A DNA stretch of 63,394 bases, filler included, from Collodictyon triciliatum (taxonomy: Eukaryota): the NCBI GenBank assembly GCA_043381765.1. It is 5 parts of 5 records of this genome, joined end to end, with 100 filler letters (N's around TTAATTAATTAA, not from the genome) between each part and the next. Parts side by side here need not be neighbours in the genome. Positions count along the whole stretch, not along the records: positions 1 to 18,843 come from JBHJMP010001330.1; positions 18,944 to 37,773 come from JBHJMP010001332.1; 3 more parts are not named here. One strand, given 5' to 3'. The position numbers were made by a program, and so were the translations under genes. Below the pieces are notes generated by a model, which searched no databases, was not told where the DNA came from, and was given only the letters and a program-made list of their open reading frames with translations. Shown one piece after another: positions 1-24,820 of this stretch. Numbering within the stretch: position 1 is the stretch's first letter; each line of letters begins with the position of its first letter.

Positions 1-140
1 AATCATAATCATAATCATAATCATAATCATAATCATAATCATAATCATAATCATAATCATAATCATAATCATAATAATAATCATAATAATAATCATAATA
101 ATAATCATAATAATAATCATAATAATAATCATAATAATAA
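1..140. repeat. (AATCAT)n/(AAT)n microsatellite
   Basis: Directly visible. Confidence 0.95.
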
Positions 141-328
141 TTTTCATTCGATAGGTTCAAAACAAAATATCTGAATGAAGTAAAAGAAAAAATGATAATA
201 GTAGAAATATTTCCCTGTATAATGTTAATGATGAAGACCAAAAAGATTGCCATGAGTTTTGTTCATAGCCTTATTTCGTAATATATATGTCCAACTAATT
301 GTATTTTAATAATCGCTGTTCAACCTAG

Positions 329-12386
<12,058 letters not shown>

Positions 12387-12905
12387 GCAACGAACACACG
12401 AAGCAAGAAGGATAGAACAAAAATTCAAGTCTTCAAGAAAATCTCAGATACACAATGCTGGATGATATTTTTTAAAAAACTTTTTCGAAGAAATATCCAC
12501 AGTCAAATAAACAGCGACGAAAATAGATTATATATTTTTTAAAAAAGAAGCCATTGACAAACACGTGAAAAGACAATAAATTTCTTGTGCTTTGTTATAT
12601 TTTACTAATTCATTTATTCATTCACTTTTTGCTTGTAAGTCACAAGTATACCGTGGAAGATGAGAAAAGGATGCAAGCGCTTGTATACGATAAAAATGGG
12701 TAATAGAGAGTGTTGATGAGGATGTATATATGTTTCCCGATATTATTTCATTCATTTAATCTGCTGTGCTGGTCAGCTGAATACAACCATTTTGTGGCAA
12801 TTGTTATGGGTGGTGATGCTTCCGCAGAAAAAGAAAACAGAAAGAAATAGATGCAGCGGCCCTAACCACCACACCATCGAATTTTGATACAAGTATATGA
12901 GAAGA

Positions 12906-15900
12906 TCACTTGTCTTTGAGTCGATGCCAGAGTCTCAAGTAAATCATATTTGCTGCGTGCTGCGCCCATCTCAGTGCGTTCTTTGCATCGACAGCCGGCT
13001 GCACGGACCGTAGATTTGATGACGATTCACCATGGAGCGTGTGATTATGGTCGTGGTCGTCGTGGTCGTTGTGATAACCTGAGGACCGTTTCTCGGGAAG
13101 AAGCGCGACCCGGGGAAAAACATAAGAATGCCGCGGATGATTGTTCCGAGAAGACTGACCAGCGTGGAGGTCAGAGTGTCCTTGTCTATTCAACCCGGCA
13201 GAGTAGTTTAAGAGAAAGAGTCTGATGTCGTTTGATGCAAATAAATATGCATGACATTAATGTATGTACAAAGGATAAAGGGCAACTAGTCGCTTCAATA
13301 GCAGATGAAAAATGTCGGGTTACCTGGAACGCATGTTCGCTGCAATGGCCGAGTGTATATTGTGATTAATTCATTACATCGCCGGGTTTATGTTTTATGG
13401 ATAGGAAAAAAACTAGTAATTTAATCAAATCGATGGTAGTGCACTCTTCCCTTACCTCAGATAATTGGTAGTAGGGGTCACATTCACAGGATTGAGTTTG
13501 TGGGTTCATATGCGCATTTTCTGGACAACCTGGGTGCAAAAAATGCTATGAAGTGAGGGTCTTTCAAACAGTGTGGATGGTAAACAGTTTTCATCCTCCG
13601 ATTTCAATTTTAATTTCTTTTAAGAAACAGGACGACCAATCAGTCTATCTCAGACATAATTTGTTATTTTGTGAACTTAAAAATTGCTTACTTGCATGCA
13701 AAATGTAGAATCCTTCACATTCAATACAAGGCCTCCTCTCGTCAGGGTCGTCAATATTCTGGTCAGTGAGAAATTGAACAACGAATCCAAGAGCAGAGGT
13801 GAGTATTTTATCACCTTCTTTGCCGAATGCAGAGTACAATAAGTCTCCTTTTCCGTTTTTTTCGTATGAATGAACCATTATTCTATGGGAAAAAAAAAAG
13901 AGGGTAAATGAAACAATTAAAACACCAATAAAATGCCGGACAAATATGCTGAGAAAATTGCGTTTAATTGTTAATACTATCAATTGGCTTTTACAAGCTA
14001 ACGTGAGAATTCACACACCTGTCTGATTCACGTAGTTTATGGTTGATTATAATATGAGTGGCTGTTGGAAGTGTCCATGTACAGTTGGTGCTTTCCAGGT
14101 AAAGTCCTTCGCCACTTCCGTCATCAAACGCAGTCGCATTGAAAGTGCTGTATATAACCATGCTTTCTGTTTGCGAGCAAAATCCTTTCGAGGTGCATAC
14201 GATATTTTAGACACGAATTGTGCTGCTTGAACTGTTTTGCTAGTCGTAATGAAATTCTCTAGCGCTTCATCATCTGTATCATAGATATTACGAAAACGTA
14301 CCTGGTTTATAAGCAGAGACTTGGTTTGTCATTCTTGAACCGTCTGTTCCACCAAAGAATAGAATGACTCTTCCGTGTGGCACGTTTGCAACATGCCACA
14401 TATGTTCGAGGGCAAAAATACTTTTTTCTACATGAGCCTTGGATATTGTTCCATGCTCTGGAGTGCATCGAAATGTTACACGTATGAAATAAACACATAT
14501 CATCTTTATCAATAGAGAAAATGAGCTGTACATGAAGAAAATGGATTAGTAGTTGAGAATAAAGCTGAATATAGCCCTTTACCTTTACTGATTACAAGGA
14601 AATTTGGTTTTTTGGTGGCTGGGTTTCTGCCATATATCGCCATGTAATGTGGTATATTGGAGCAGACACCATCAGTTATGGGTCCAATTGGTTTCATAAA
14701 ACCATTTAGGTTGAGCCATTCGTTTGTTCCTTGAATGCAGTGGCAAGAACAATAATTACATATATGATAACATATTCTCATATACAGACATTGTTAAAAT
14801 ACCGATTTGGTAAGCCCAATTATCTGATAGATGGCTTCCATGAAAGTCCACTCCCCCATGTATGGATATAGTCCCATTATGCCAGTTGCACATTGCGTGG
14901 TACTTTCGTTTCGCCTAGAGTGTGTTAAAAATATAATGAAAGGGATAGATAAAAAAATGTATGAGAGCTGGCTTTCATTGCCAGTTCACAAGATATATAT
15001 ATATATTGAACTTTGATTATCTACATCATTAAATGTCTTACTGGAATGACATTAGCAATATCATTTGCAAACAAAGTCATCTCCTCTAAATCCAAAATAA
15101 TCACGGATGCATAGAAGCCAACTACCTTGAGACCCGAGACCAGCTATTTTGTTTCATCAGTTAAGATAAGTAAAACTCATGTTACTAAATGGATTTTTAT
15201 TTTCCCCATCAAGTGCACTTTGAGCGTTGCTCAGAAGATATCAAAGTAGAAAGAAAAAGCAAAATAAAAATACCTGGCCACCCCACATATAAATTCGACT
15301 TCCGACTTGCGAAAACGTCATTCCAACTCTGTTGAATGGGCGATGCTTTTCGTGTAATGTGCTTTTGATTTCCAAGTTGCTCCAGCTTCTCAAAACTGCG
15401 CACAAGAGTGTATATCAATTCAGTATTTTCTTTAGAAATTTATAATTTCACAAAATTGCTTCGCCTACCAATGTCGAATTCCCAAATGCTGGCATCAAAA
15501 ACATCTAAATTGGTTTGTCCACCGCATACAATAAGTTTATTATTATACTCTGACAGAACTGCGCCATTTCTTGGTTGGGGACCCTCATATTCAGAGCCTC
15601 GAAATAGATTCGCCCATTTTTGGGTATCTGGGTGCGCGAATGGATATGTTTTTAAATACTTTAACTGATTTACAAGACCATTTGATAAATAAAAGAAAGC
15701 AAGATCTACGAAAGAGAACGCATATGATTTTAGATTCAATGCCGAATTACCTAGTCGAAAAAGCCACAGGTCATTCAAACGGACATCCTCCAAATAGGAT
15801 GTGATTCCACCAAAGACAACAAAAGAGTCTTGCTTCATTCCGACCAACGAGGAGTCGTATCTGTGAATGGGATATCGCGCTACTGACGAATCAATCCACA

Positions 15901-18615
15901 TCCGATTTTCTATGAAAAAATCGAATCAAATAAAATAAAATCAGATCAAAAAGAATAAGACATTGTATTTATAGTATAATAATATGTCTTTTCCTACAAG
16001 AAAGGTTTGTGTTGTATATAAAAGAATTGTCATGAAAGAAAGAAATACAAAAAATTCCTTTCAGACGTTTGTCTGGAGAACACTTACTCATGTCCCATGT
16101 CCACACATCGTTCCCTATGATTTTATTTTGATTGGCTCCGCCAAGCATCATGACATAGTTCCCAGTAAAGGTATATGCTGAGCCATACTTTGGCGGTGGA
16201 TATGTCAAAGGGAGTGTGGGCGCTGTTAACCAGTACGTTTCACGATACACAACACTCATTTTTTCTAGAAGCATAAATAGGTAACTGCGAGGTCAATAAA
16301 ATAAAAGTATACATACAGGATGGCTTGATATAGTAAAATTAAATACTGGTAACAATAAATATGAAAAAAAAGGCTCGTTGAAATATCAAACCTAATGACA
16401 AAATAATCACATCCTCTAATGCTTCATCTCGTTGAGTTCCACCAAAGAAATGTATTTCGTCATCGAATATGCCATAGGCGAAGAAGCTACGAGAACTGAT
16501 TTTTGTGGTGTGTGCCTCATCAGAAAGCAGCCACTTTGAATCGAATTGAATGTCCCTCTGCGTCCAGCAATTCGATTCTATGGAAAAGGCACATGGACGA
16601 AGAGTTTGCGGCGATTGATGTTAGTAGCATCATATTATCATATAAAATCATCAGTTTCAGATGGCCAGTGTGCACGTTTCGTATCGATTAGTGGGAAACT
16701 CACGTAGTTCATACTGAAAAATCTTGTCAACGTCGAAATAGCTTTCATGGCCCCCAAATATAAAGAGGGAACCACGCCAAATCGCCATTCGTGGATGTGC
16801 AACCTGCGGGCCACTGGTTGCGGTAATCACTATATGCCATGAACGGTCTCCTACATTGATTTACGAGAGATATAAAAAAATGTGAATAGTATCAAGATGT
16901 CATATAATCAAGTTAGATAGGGAGGCCGTCATTGGTACGTCTAGGAAAAGAGTAAATAGATATATTATTATGTGGAGTCATGCGAATTGAAACTAGCTTC
17001 TTTGTATCAAAGCTACAATTCAGTAAGTAGAGATATATTTTATAAACATGTCATGTAAACCAACTTATTTTGTACTTCCACAATTCAGGTATAGACTTGG
17101 TAGAATCCTTTTCATGGGTGAAGAAAGATCATTTAAGTTTCATAAAGATATTAAATGATGCAACTTTCCTTTTAAAAAAATTCATAAGGCTTTACACTCA
17201 TTTATTTTTTTTTTTGTAAAAGTAGTCATTAATTCTATATGGTCAAGATATGAGATGAAAAATACAATAACGCCATCGTAAATGAATATCCAGTCCTCAT
17301 GCTTTATGCATCCTATGTGCTTGAATTCTCTAGGAAGGCGTGTCGTTTGTGTCCATATCAAGTCGAAAGGATTTAAGGTATACAAGTAAGGGTCAGGCTT
17401 TTCAGTTTCACCGCCGAATAAATAAGCAGAGGTTTCATGCCCAACGAAGCAAGCATTTGTTCGTCGAGCAGGTGTAGCACCGGTCAGTCGGTGAAGAGTC
17501 CAGACTCCTCCAACTGGGTGTATATAAAATGGAATTGTAAATTTGTGTATGTATGTTGATTTTTTATAATAAAAAATAAAAATAAAATAAACACTCATTA
17601 CATTTTTAAGGCAGATATATTGATTCAAAAACCTAGTTGTGTTCCTTTCATTAAAATATTCATGGGCATGAGAGACTCGTCTTCAGTTTGCGAGAATGAA
17701 TTCTGTCCTCCAATGATGAAGACCTGAGACTCTACAAGACAGGCACTGGCATGGACAACAGAGGAGGGCGACCCTGATATCTCCATAGACCCAGAAGGTG
17801 GAATAATTGCTTCATCTGTGTGTATAGACATTCAGGAATCAATTTGCAGTCATTTTTGGCAATATAATTTAATGCTGGCAAATGAAAAGATTGTTATGAA
17901 GGAGCTGTAGGTTAGTCGATTCATAGCGTCTATTACCAAAGGGTACTGGATTTGCACGAGGCTCAAAGAAGTAACATTCAGTCTATCGATTCAAAAATTA
18001 AATGAAAGCCAACATTCAAGTTGAAAAGACAAAAAAGAGAAAGAAAAAACGGGGAAATTAAGGGCAACTTTGCACATCCCCAGTTAAGTCACGTCAATTT
18101 ATCGGGGCATTGTCAAGAGATATAAGCTTGTAAAATAGTACATACTTGGTTAATTTCTGTTTGAATTGATCCAGGTAGACATGCAAGACATACGCCGCTT
18201 TCGGTGATAAAGTGATTTTCCTCGCATATACATCCAGCATCACGAATAGCGAACCCTTTTTCGCAATCTAAGTAGGCTCCGTCATGTTAATCATGTGGTT
18301 ATCTTGGTATGCAAATCCGGTATTAATTTCAAACTCTTTGGTAAAAAGAAAAATAAAGAGAAAAGAAGACTGACAATGCAGAGATAGTTCTATATTGATG
18401 TTCTCATCTTGATATGGTGTGAGCTCAAAATCAATTTGGAAAATATTATTTTCAATAAATATCGTGGTGTTTGGCGAAGTGAAGTCCAAGTCAAGCTAGT
18501 GCGACAGGTAGAAATTTGTATCAGTAGTATTACAATAGAAGATGAAATATTGTATTAAATAACTACATATACAAATCAGAAACAGAAATCGAAAGAATGA
18601 GAAATCGTTTTGCAT
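12906..18615 (-). CDS. Large multi-exon kelch-repeat (beta-propeller) protein with Cys-rich modules, probably secreted or cell-surface; ends approximate
   Basis: Repeated kelch signatures: QVFIIGGQ, AYLFGGE, VMMLGGA, FVVFGGIT..LNDLWLF, PQPRNGAVLSEYNNKLIVCGG..IWEFD, ILFFGGTDGSRMTNQVSAY. Cys-rich exons: CEKGFAIRDAGCICEENHF..CLACLPG, RPCIECEGFY, GCPENAHMNPQTQSCECDPYY. Hydrophobic start MQNDFSFFRFLFLIC at 18615. Confidence 0.7.
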
Positions 18616-18951
18616 AAGCGAATGGAATAAATGGAAACCACTTCTCTGTCCATTCTGTCTGTGCGAAACACGTTTTTTTCACCAGTGACAGCACGCAGAG
18701 TAATTTTTACATTTTTATTCGTTTCTAATCGACGAACCTGTTTATAAATAAAGTTTCAAAAAGAGAACTAAGACTATACAGCAAAAAAAAAAAAAAAAAT
18801 AAAAAAAAAAAAAAAAATAAAAAAAAAAAAAAAAAAAAAAAAANNNNNNNNNNNNNNNNNNNNNNNNNNNNNNNNNNNNNNNNNNNNTTAATTAATTAAN
18901 NNNNNNNNNNNNNNNNNNNNNNNNNNNNNNNNNNNNNNNNNNNTTTGTTTT

Positions 18952-19018
<67 letters not shown>

Positions 19019-19155
19019 AATTTTATCTCTTTCATTTGGTTTATCAATGTGGATATCGTAATTATTTTGAATCGCCATACTCGGATTCAAAGGGATATGT
19101 CGTATGTAAGAAACTCGTGTCCTTTCATATAATTGTCGCTACTCCTCACCAACAG

Positions 19156-19817
19156 GATGGTTCCACTCCCCTGATGACCGCTGCCGAGTTCAACCAGGCC
19201 AAAGCTGCCCGCAAGCTAATTAACGAAGGTGTTAATATTAACAAGAAGACGAAGGAAGGGACTACAGCGTTGTATGTTGCTGCCTATCATGGCTCTCAAG
19301 ATGTCCTTAAGGCAATTGTTCTTTCCGTTTCATCAATTAATTTTTTTTCAAGAAAAATATATATCCAGTTTTTTGTATATCTCTTGTCCGTGATATAAAA
19401 TTTTGTTATTTTTTCATTCCATTAAGCTATGTGTTTGTTTGTTTTTATTTAAAAAAATAGGTTCTAGTAGATGCTGGGGCCAAAGTAAATATCGAGAGAA
19501 AAGATGGTAACACGCTGAGATATTTCTCTATTATTAATTTTATTTTATTTTACTTTATCATAACTATTCATCAAACGTAACACCAAAGTTGCATCTTTCG
19601 TAAATTGTGTTATCAACGTCATCTTCTTTTCTTTTCTTTTTTTTTTTTTTCATATATGCCACATCCCCTTTATGAAACCATTGATACGCCATCAGGATTG
19701 AACGCTGCGGATGCTGCAGCCTCCCAAAACCGCACAGAGGTTGTGCGCTACTTAGTTCAAAAGGGTGTGAGAGCCCCCGCCATGGATATTCGTGTTGGTG
19801 ACTTTGTGCCGGGATAG
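19156..19817 (+). CDS. Ankyrin-repeat protein (last 3 exons; 5' part lost at linker)
   Basis: DGSTPLMTAAEFNQ..GVNINKKTKEGTTALYVAAYHGSQDVLK / VLVDAGAKVNIERKD / GLNAADAAASQNRTEVVRYLVQKG..stop at 19817. Confidence 0.85.
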
Positions 19818-20297
19818 CACGGTTATATACGCAACATTTCTGAATAGATGAGCAAATCTTTCAAATGGCATTGTGTGCTCCATGCCAAAGTCCCTTTTTT
19901 TTACATTCGACTCACTGCGATGCGATTGCGCATTCCGTGATAATACGCGGAAAAGAATAAAAGTAAGCTGCAGTGAAAGAAAAAAAAAAGGCATTATTTC
20001 GATTGTAAATGTGAAGGCAAGGGGAACAAGAAAATGAACCATTATTAATGCATGGAATTTTATAATTCGCATTGAATGTGGTGCGCAATTTTAATTGGCA
20101 CATGAACGGTCAGATGGGCGAGTAATCAGTATGAAATAGCCATTTATACTCTGAAAGAAGTAATGTCGTGTGTGCCAAGCTTGAGGTGAACCCCATTTAT
20201 TTATTTTTTTTATTGAATATTCCCACTCCATTAAAATAATTTTGTGACCATCTTCCCACGAAGGAATACCCTGGAAATCAAATCGTCTTGTAACTCA

Positions 20298-22193
20298 TCA
20301 ATCTTCCTCTATATACGAGCAACTGGACGAATCTGAATCTACGTCTATTCCTCGGTGCTGGTACACATCGGCATCCTGGCTTTGAGTGCGGGGCGATTGC
20401 TGTGACTTTATGCGCGACAGAATTTCGATTTGCCTTGCAAGTTCGTCCATCTCATTATGGTCGACAGTGTTCGTCACTCGCTCTGAAGGAAGAAGCATGT
20501 TTCGAGGTGTTATTTTCATGAACCCGTTTTCGAGTATCGTAGCGTCCTGCTCAAAGCGGGTGTGGTCTGTAGAGCCATCTGTTTTATCAGGGAGAGCCAA
20601 GGGGGATTGAATAGCGTTGATTTTGTTTGGGCCTGGGATTCCATCAGAACTATGTGGCTCTACCTGCTGAGAAAAAGGTGTTGGGTTCTGATGTCTATGT
20701 AAACTGCGATAGCGTTGGAATTGAATCTTTCCGAAGAAAGCCTTTGAATCGTGACTGACGCAACAAGGCACATATAGCTCTGAATCATGCTGTTTTGAAT
20801 CTGTAGATGACTCTTCGATTCCCAAAGGGTTATTTTTCGGATACAATAATCGTGGACTGTCTGTGAGCCAACTATACAGTCTTACAGAAACTGTATATGA
20901 AAGCAATCCAGACCATAAAGACACAATTTTGCATGTATCGAGCGACCCTCGAAAAAATTCTGGCAAGATGAAACCTAGTGATTCATGTATTATGGCGGGG
21001 CTCGTCCACAGTAGAATGAGGAGGGCTTGAGACACACGATCATGCGTGAATTGCACAGCCGGGCGATATCCCATGGAAAGGAGAAGGAAATACTGTGCAA
21101 TTAATATTGGATTCCATAGGATATCATGCGCATAATTAAATCGGTCTGGGTTCGGCTCCTTTCTTGAGACAGTCCTCACATTGGGTATTCTGGCAACATG
21201 AAGAAGTGCGTCCATAAACCCAGAGCGATATGGATCGAATAGAACGCGTTGGTAAGGGTCATAAAAAAGTGACGAAGATATAATGCGCAAAGAGTCTGGG
21301 TGGAAATGCTCATCTGCCGGACATGGACATAGAAATCTGAAAAAGACCCCTTCGGAAATATACCCAAGCTGGCATTCAACTACGTCCCACATATTGCTCT
21401 TTGCCAAACAACAAAATTCACCTTTTGAGCATGTAACGTGTACAGTTGGCCGGACTTCTTGTTCAGTAAAGAGCTGTGAGTGTCGGGCCGGAGTTATTTC
21501 GTAAATGTCTCGGAGTTGTTGGCACAAAAACTCTCCTGATAGCCACGCACCAAATCCTCCCTCTCTGAAGGTCCTGCATATTGAAAGAAGCCTTTTCCCG
21601 AGTCTGCGATTAAGTGCTTCAAACCCTTCCGAATCATGCCAAAACCTAGAGTTAAAAGCGCTCCAAGGAAGAGTCGAATTTCCTTGAGTGACGAAAGACT
21701 CGTTTCTTGTCTTTTGGGATGTTTCCACATTTTCCGATATGTTTGATAATAAAGACGTCGATGATGTAATATACCTCCATGTTCGATTCACCTGGTCGAA
21801 ACGCATGGGGCGATGGTTATCATGTGTGATAGACCAAATGCGGTGGTCTTCATAATCCGAGGCTATATGCACAGAAAAAAAATATTGGAAGGTTAACTTG
21901 AAGATAGAATTACTACTTGATTGCAATCACAGATAATCCAGCAAGGCAACAAAAGTCTATTGTCGAACGAAACCAACCTCGCTCTGCAGAAATAATCATC
22001 AACTTAGATTCTATGTAATCGCGCAATGATGCATTATTACAAGCATCAACCACCGTTCTACCATCCTTATCTTTCAATAAAGGCTACAATCGGATACGTG
22101 AGTTAAAAGAACAGAAGCCAAAGAGTCGCTCAACAGCTGTATGCCTCGCTCGAAGACAAAAAAAAAAAAAAGGGGGGGGGGGGGGGGGAGAAG

Positions 22194-22226
<33 letters not shown>

Positions 22227-22574
22227 GGCATGAGTTTGTACACGCAACAAAAAGGCTCATGGTTATTGGATCGAATGAAGGGAGATCCATAGCGGAAGGA
22301 AGAAAGAGAGAAGGATGGAGGAGTATAAACAAGTCATTGGTAACATAGGAAAAGTGTGTGAGGAGTTTGAATGGTGACAAACGTCGCCGCCAGCGAGGAT
22401 CAGAATGAGGCAGAGATCTTTGTGGCCCGACTCGGCCGCATAGTGCAGGGCAGATCGACCCGCGTGCGTATCGGCAGCGTTTGGATCGGCGCCCGTGAGC
22501 AGCAGATCAGACACTCTTCGCAGCTTCAGATCGCGGGTGGCTTCGATCAGCTCGTGGTGATCTGGCATGTCCAT
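20298..22574 (-). CDS. N-terminal ankyrin repeat fused to a degenerate class II nucleotidyltransferase (CCA-adding/poly(A) polymerase-like) domain
   Basis: Exon 1 reads LLLTGADPNAADTHAGRSALHYAAESGHKDLCLILILAGGD (ankyrin). The long last exon has FREGGFGAWLSG and SSLFYDPYQRVLFDPYRSGFMDALLHVARIP..WNPILIAQYF..GY, recalling PolyA_pol motifs. The join through small middle exons is inferred. Confidence 0.55.
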
Positions 22575-22754
22575 GTGTGGCTGCGGGTGTGCAAAAGGTG
22601 ATGGGCGGGAGACTTCCGCTCTTTTTTTCTTTTCTTTTTCTTTTCTTTTTCTTTTTCTTTTCTTTTTCTTTTCTTTTTCTTTTAGGAATGGGGACTCCCT
22701 TAAATCTATCAGAACAAAAGACGCTTCAGTTATTTACCATAGCTTTACATGGTA

Positions 22755-24298
22755 GATGTGGTGTGGTGTGGTGTGGTGTGATGCGATGTGATGTGATATG
22801 ATGTGATATGATGTGATGTGATGTAGTGTGATGTGATGTGGTGTGGTGTGATGTGATGTAGTGTGGTGTGATGTGATGTGGTGTGGTGTGATGTGATGTG
22901 ATGTGATGTGATGTGATGTGATGTGATGTAGTGTGATGTGATGTGATGTGGTGTGGTGTGGTGTGATGTGATGTGATGTGATGTAGTGTGGTGTGATGTA
23001 GTGTGGTGTGGTGTGATGTGTTGTGATGTGGTGTGGTGTGATGTGATGTGATGTGGTGTGATGTGGTGTGATGTGATGTGATGTGATGTAGTGTGGTGTG
23101 ATGTGGTGTGATGTGATGTGTTGCGATGTGATGTGATGTAGTGTGATGTGATGTAGTGTGGTGTGATGTGATGTGATGTGATGTGATGTAGTGTGGTGTG
23201 ATGTGATGTGATGTGATGTGATGTGATGTGATGTAGTGTGGTGTGATGTGATGTGATGTGATGTAGTGTGGTGTGATGTAGTGTGGTGTGGTGTGATGTG
23301 TTGCGTTGTGGTGTGGTGTGGTGTGGTGTGATGTGATGTGGTGTGGTGTGATGTGATGTAGTGTGATGTAGTGTGGTGTGATGTGATGTGATGTGATGTG
23401 ATGTGATGTGATGTGATGTGGTGTGGTGTGGTGTGATGTGATGTGATGTGATGTGATGTGATGTGATGTGGTGTGGTGTGATGTGATGTGATGTGGTGTG
23501 ATGTAGTGTGGTGTGATGTGATGTGATGTGATGTGATGTGATGTGATGTGATGTGATGTGATGTGATGTAGTGTGGTGTGATGTGATGTGATGTGATGTG
23601 GTGTAGTGTGATGTAGTGTAGTGTGATGTAGTGTGATGTGATGTGTTGTGTTGTGTTGTGTTGTGATGTGATGTAGTGTGGTGTGATGTGATGTGGTGTG
23701 ATGTAGTGTGATGTGATGTGGTGTGGTGTGATGTGATGTGATGTGATGTAGTGTGATGTGATGTGGTGTGGTGTGGTGTGATGTAGTGTGGTGTGGTGTG
23801 ATGTGTTGTGATGTGATGTGATGTGATGTAGTGTGATGTGATGTAGTGTGGTGTAGTGTGATGTAGTGTGGTGTGATGTGTTGTGATGTAGTGTGGTGTG
23901 ATGTGATGTAGTGTGGTGTGGTGTGATGTGATGTGATGTGGTGTGATGTGTTGTGTTGTGATGTGATGTGGTGTGATGTAGTGTGGTGTGATGTGATGTG
24001 ATGTAGTGTGATGTGTTGTGATGTAGTGTGGTGTGGTGTGATGTGATGTGATGTGGTGTGATGTAGTGTGGTGTGATGTGTTGTGTTGTGTTGTGATGTG
24101 ATGTGATGTAGTGTGATGTGATGTAGTGTGGTGTGATGTGGTGTGATGTAGTGTGGTGTGGTGTGATGTGTTGTGATGTGATGTGATGTGATGTGATGTG
24201 ATGTGATGTGATGTGATGTGATGTAGTGTGATGTGATGTAGTGTGGTGTAGTGTGATGTAGTGTGGTGTGGTGTGATGTGATGTGATGTGATGTGATG
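22755..24298. repeat. ~1.5 kb compound pentanucleotide satellite (GTGAT with GTGGT/GTAGT/GTTGT-type variants)
   Basis: 5-bp period directly visible; it generates the spurious HHITS ORFs. Confidence 0.97.
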
Positions 24299-24820
24299 GT
24301 GGATGTGATGCGGTTTCTACAGGTTTGGATAGCGGTTGATCGACAGATACCCACCAGGACAAACATGAGATTCATACAACCGGATTGTTCTATTATGGAA
24401 ATTAATATGACAACGCACTTTGGTCGATTCTTGTTGGATGTTTTCATTTGACACACATAAATATGTTATTATTCTACAATTAATTTTATATGTCTAAGGT
24501 TTTAATTTATTCATCGGCGATGGCAATGAAAAGTGATTCAACATATATGAGAACCATCAAACTTTGTCACACAGGAGAATGGGTTTGGCCAACTTATTTT
24601 TTTCTCTTGGTTGGGAATCCCTTGATTAGGAATGGATGCGGATATTTTCTGTGACGGAAAAAATACAAATGCACCTGCTGAACCAATGGAGCACGAGTTG
24701 TTGAGTTTCGCTGTTGTTTTTATTGGTGTCCGGGACGATAAGGCCAAGCTGATCAAGTTTGTTCGCGTGACCGCATTTTCTTAAGGACAACGACAGGCAG
24801 AACGAAGAGGCAGACACATT

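Noticed and set aside
18844-18943. TTAATTAATTAA palindrome recurring four times between N runs
   Set aside because: Identical 44+12+44 layout with six-frame stops: an assembly linker, not biology. Synteny across these joins, including the left end of the viral block, cannot be trusted.
22726-24456. 576-aa and 542-aa His/Thr-rich ORFs
   Set aside because: Translations of a stop-free pentamer satellite, open in several frames.
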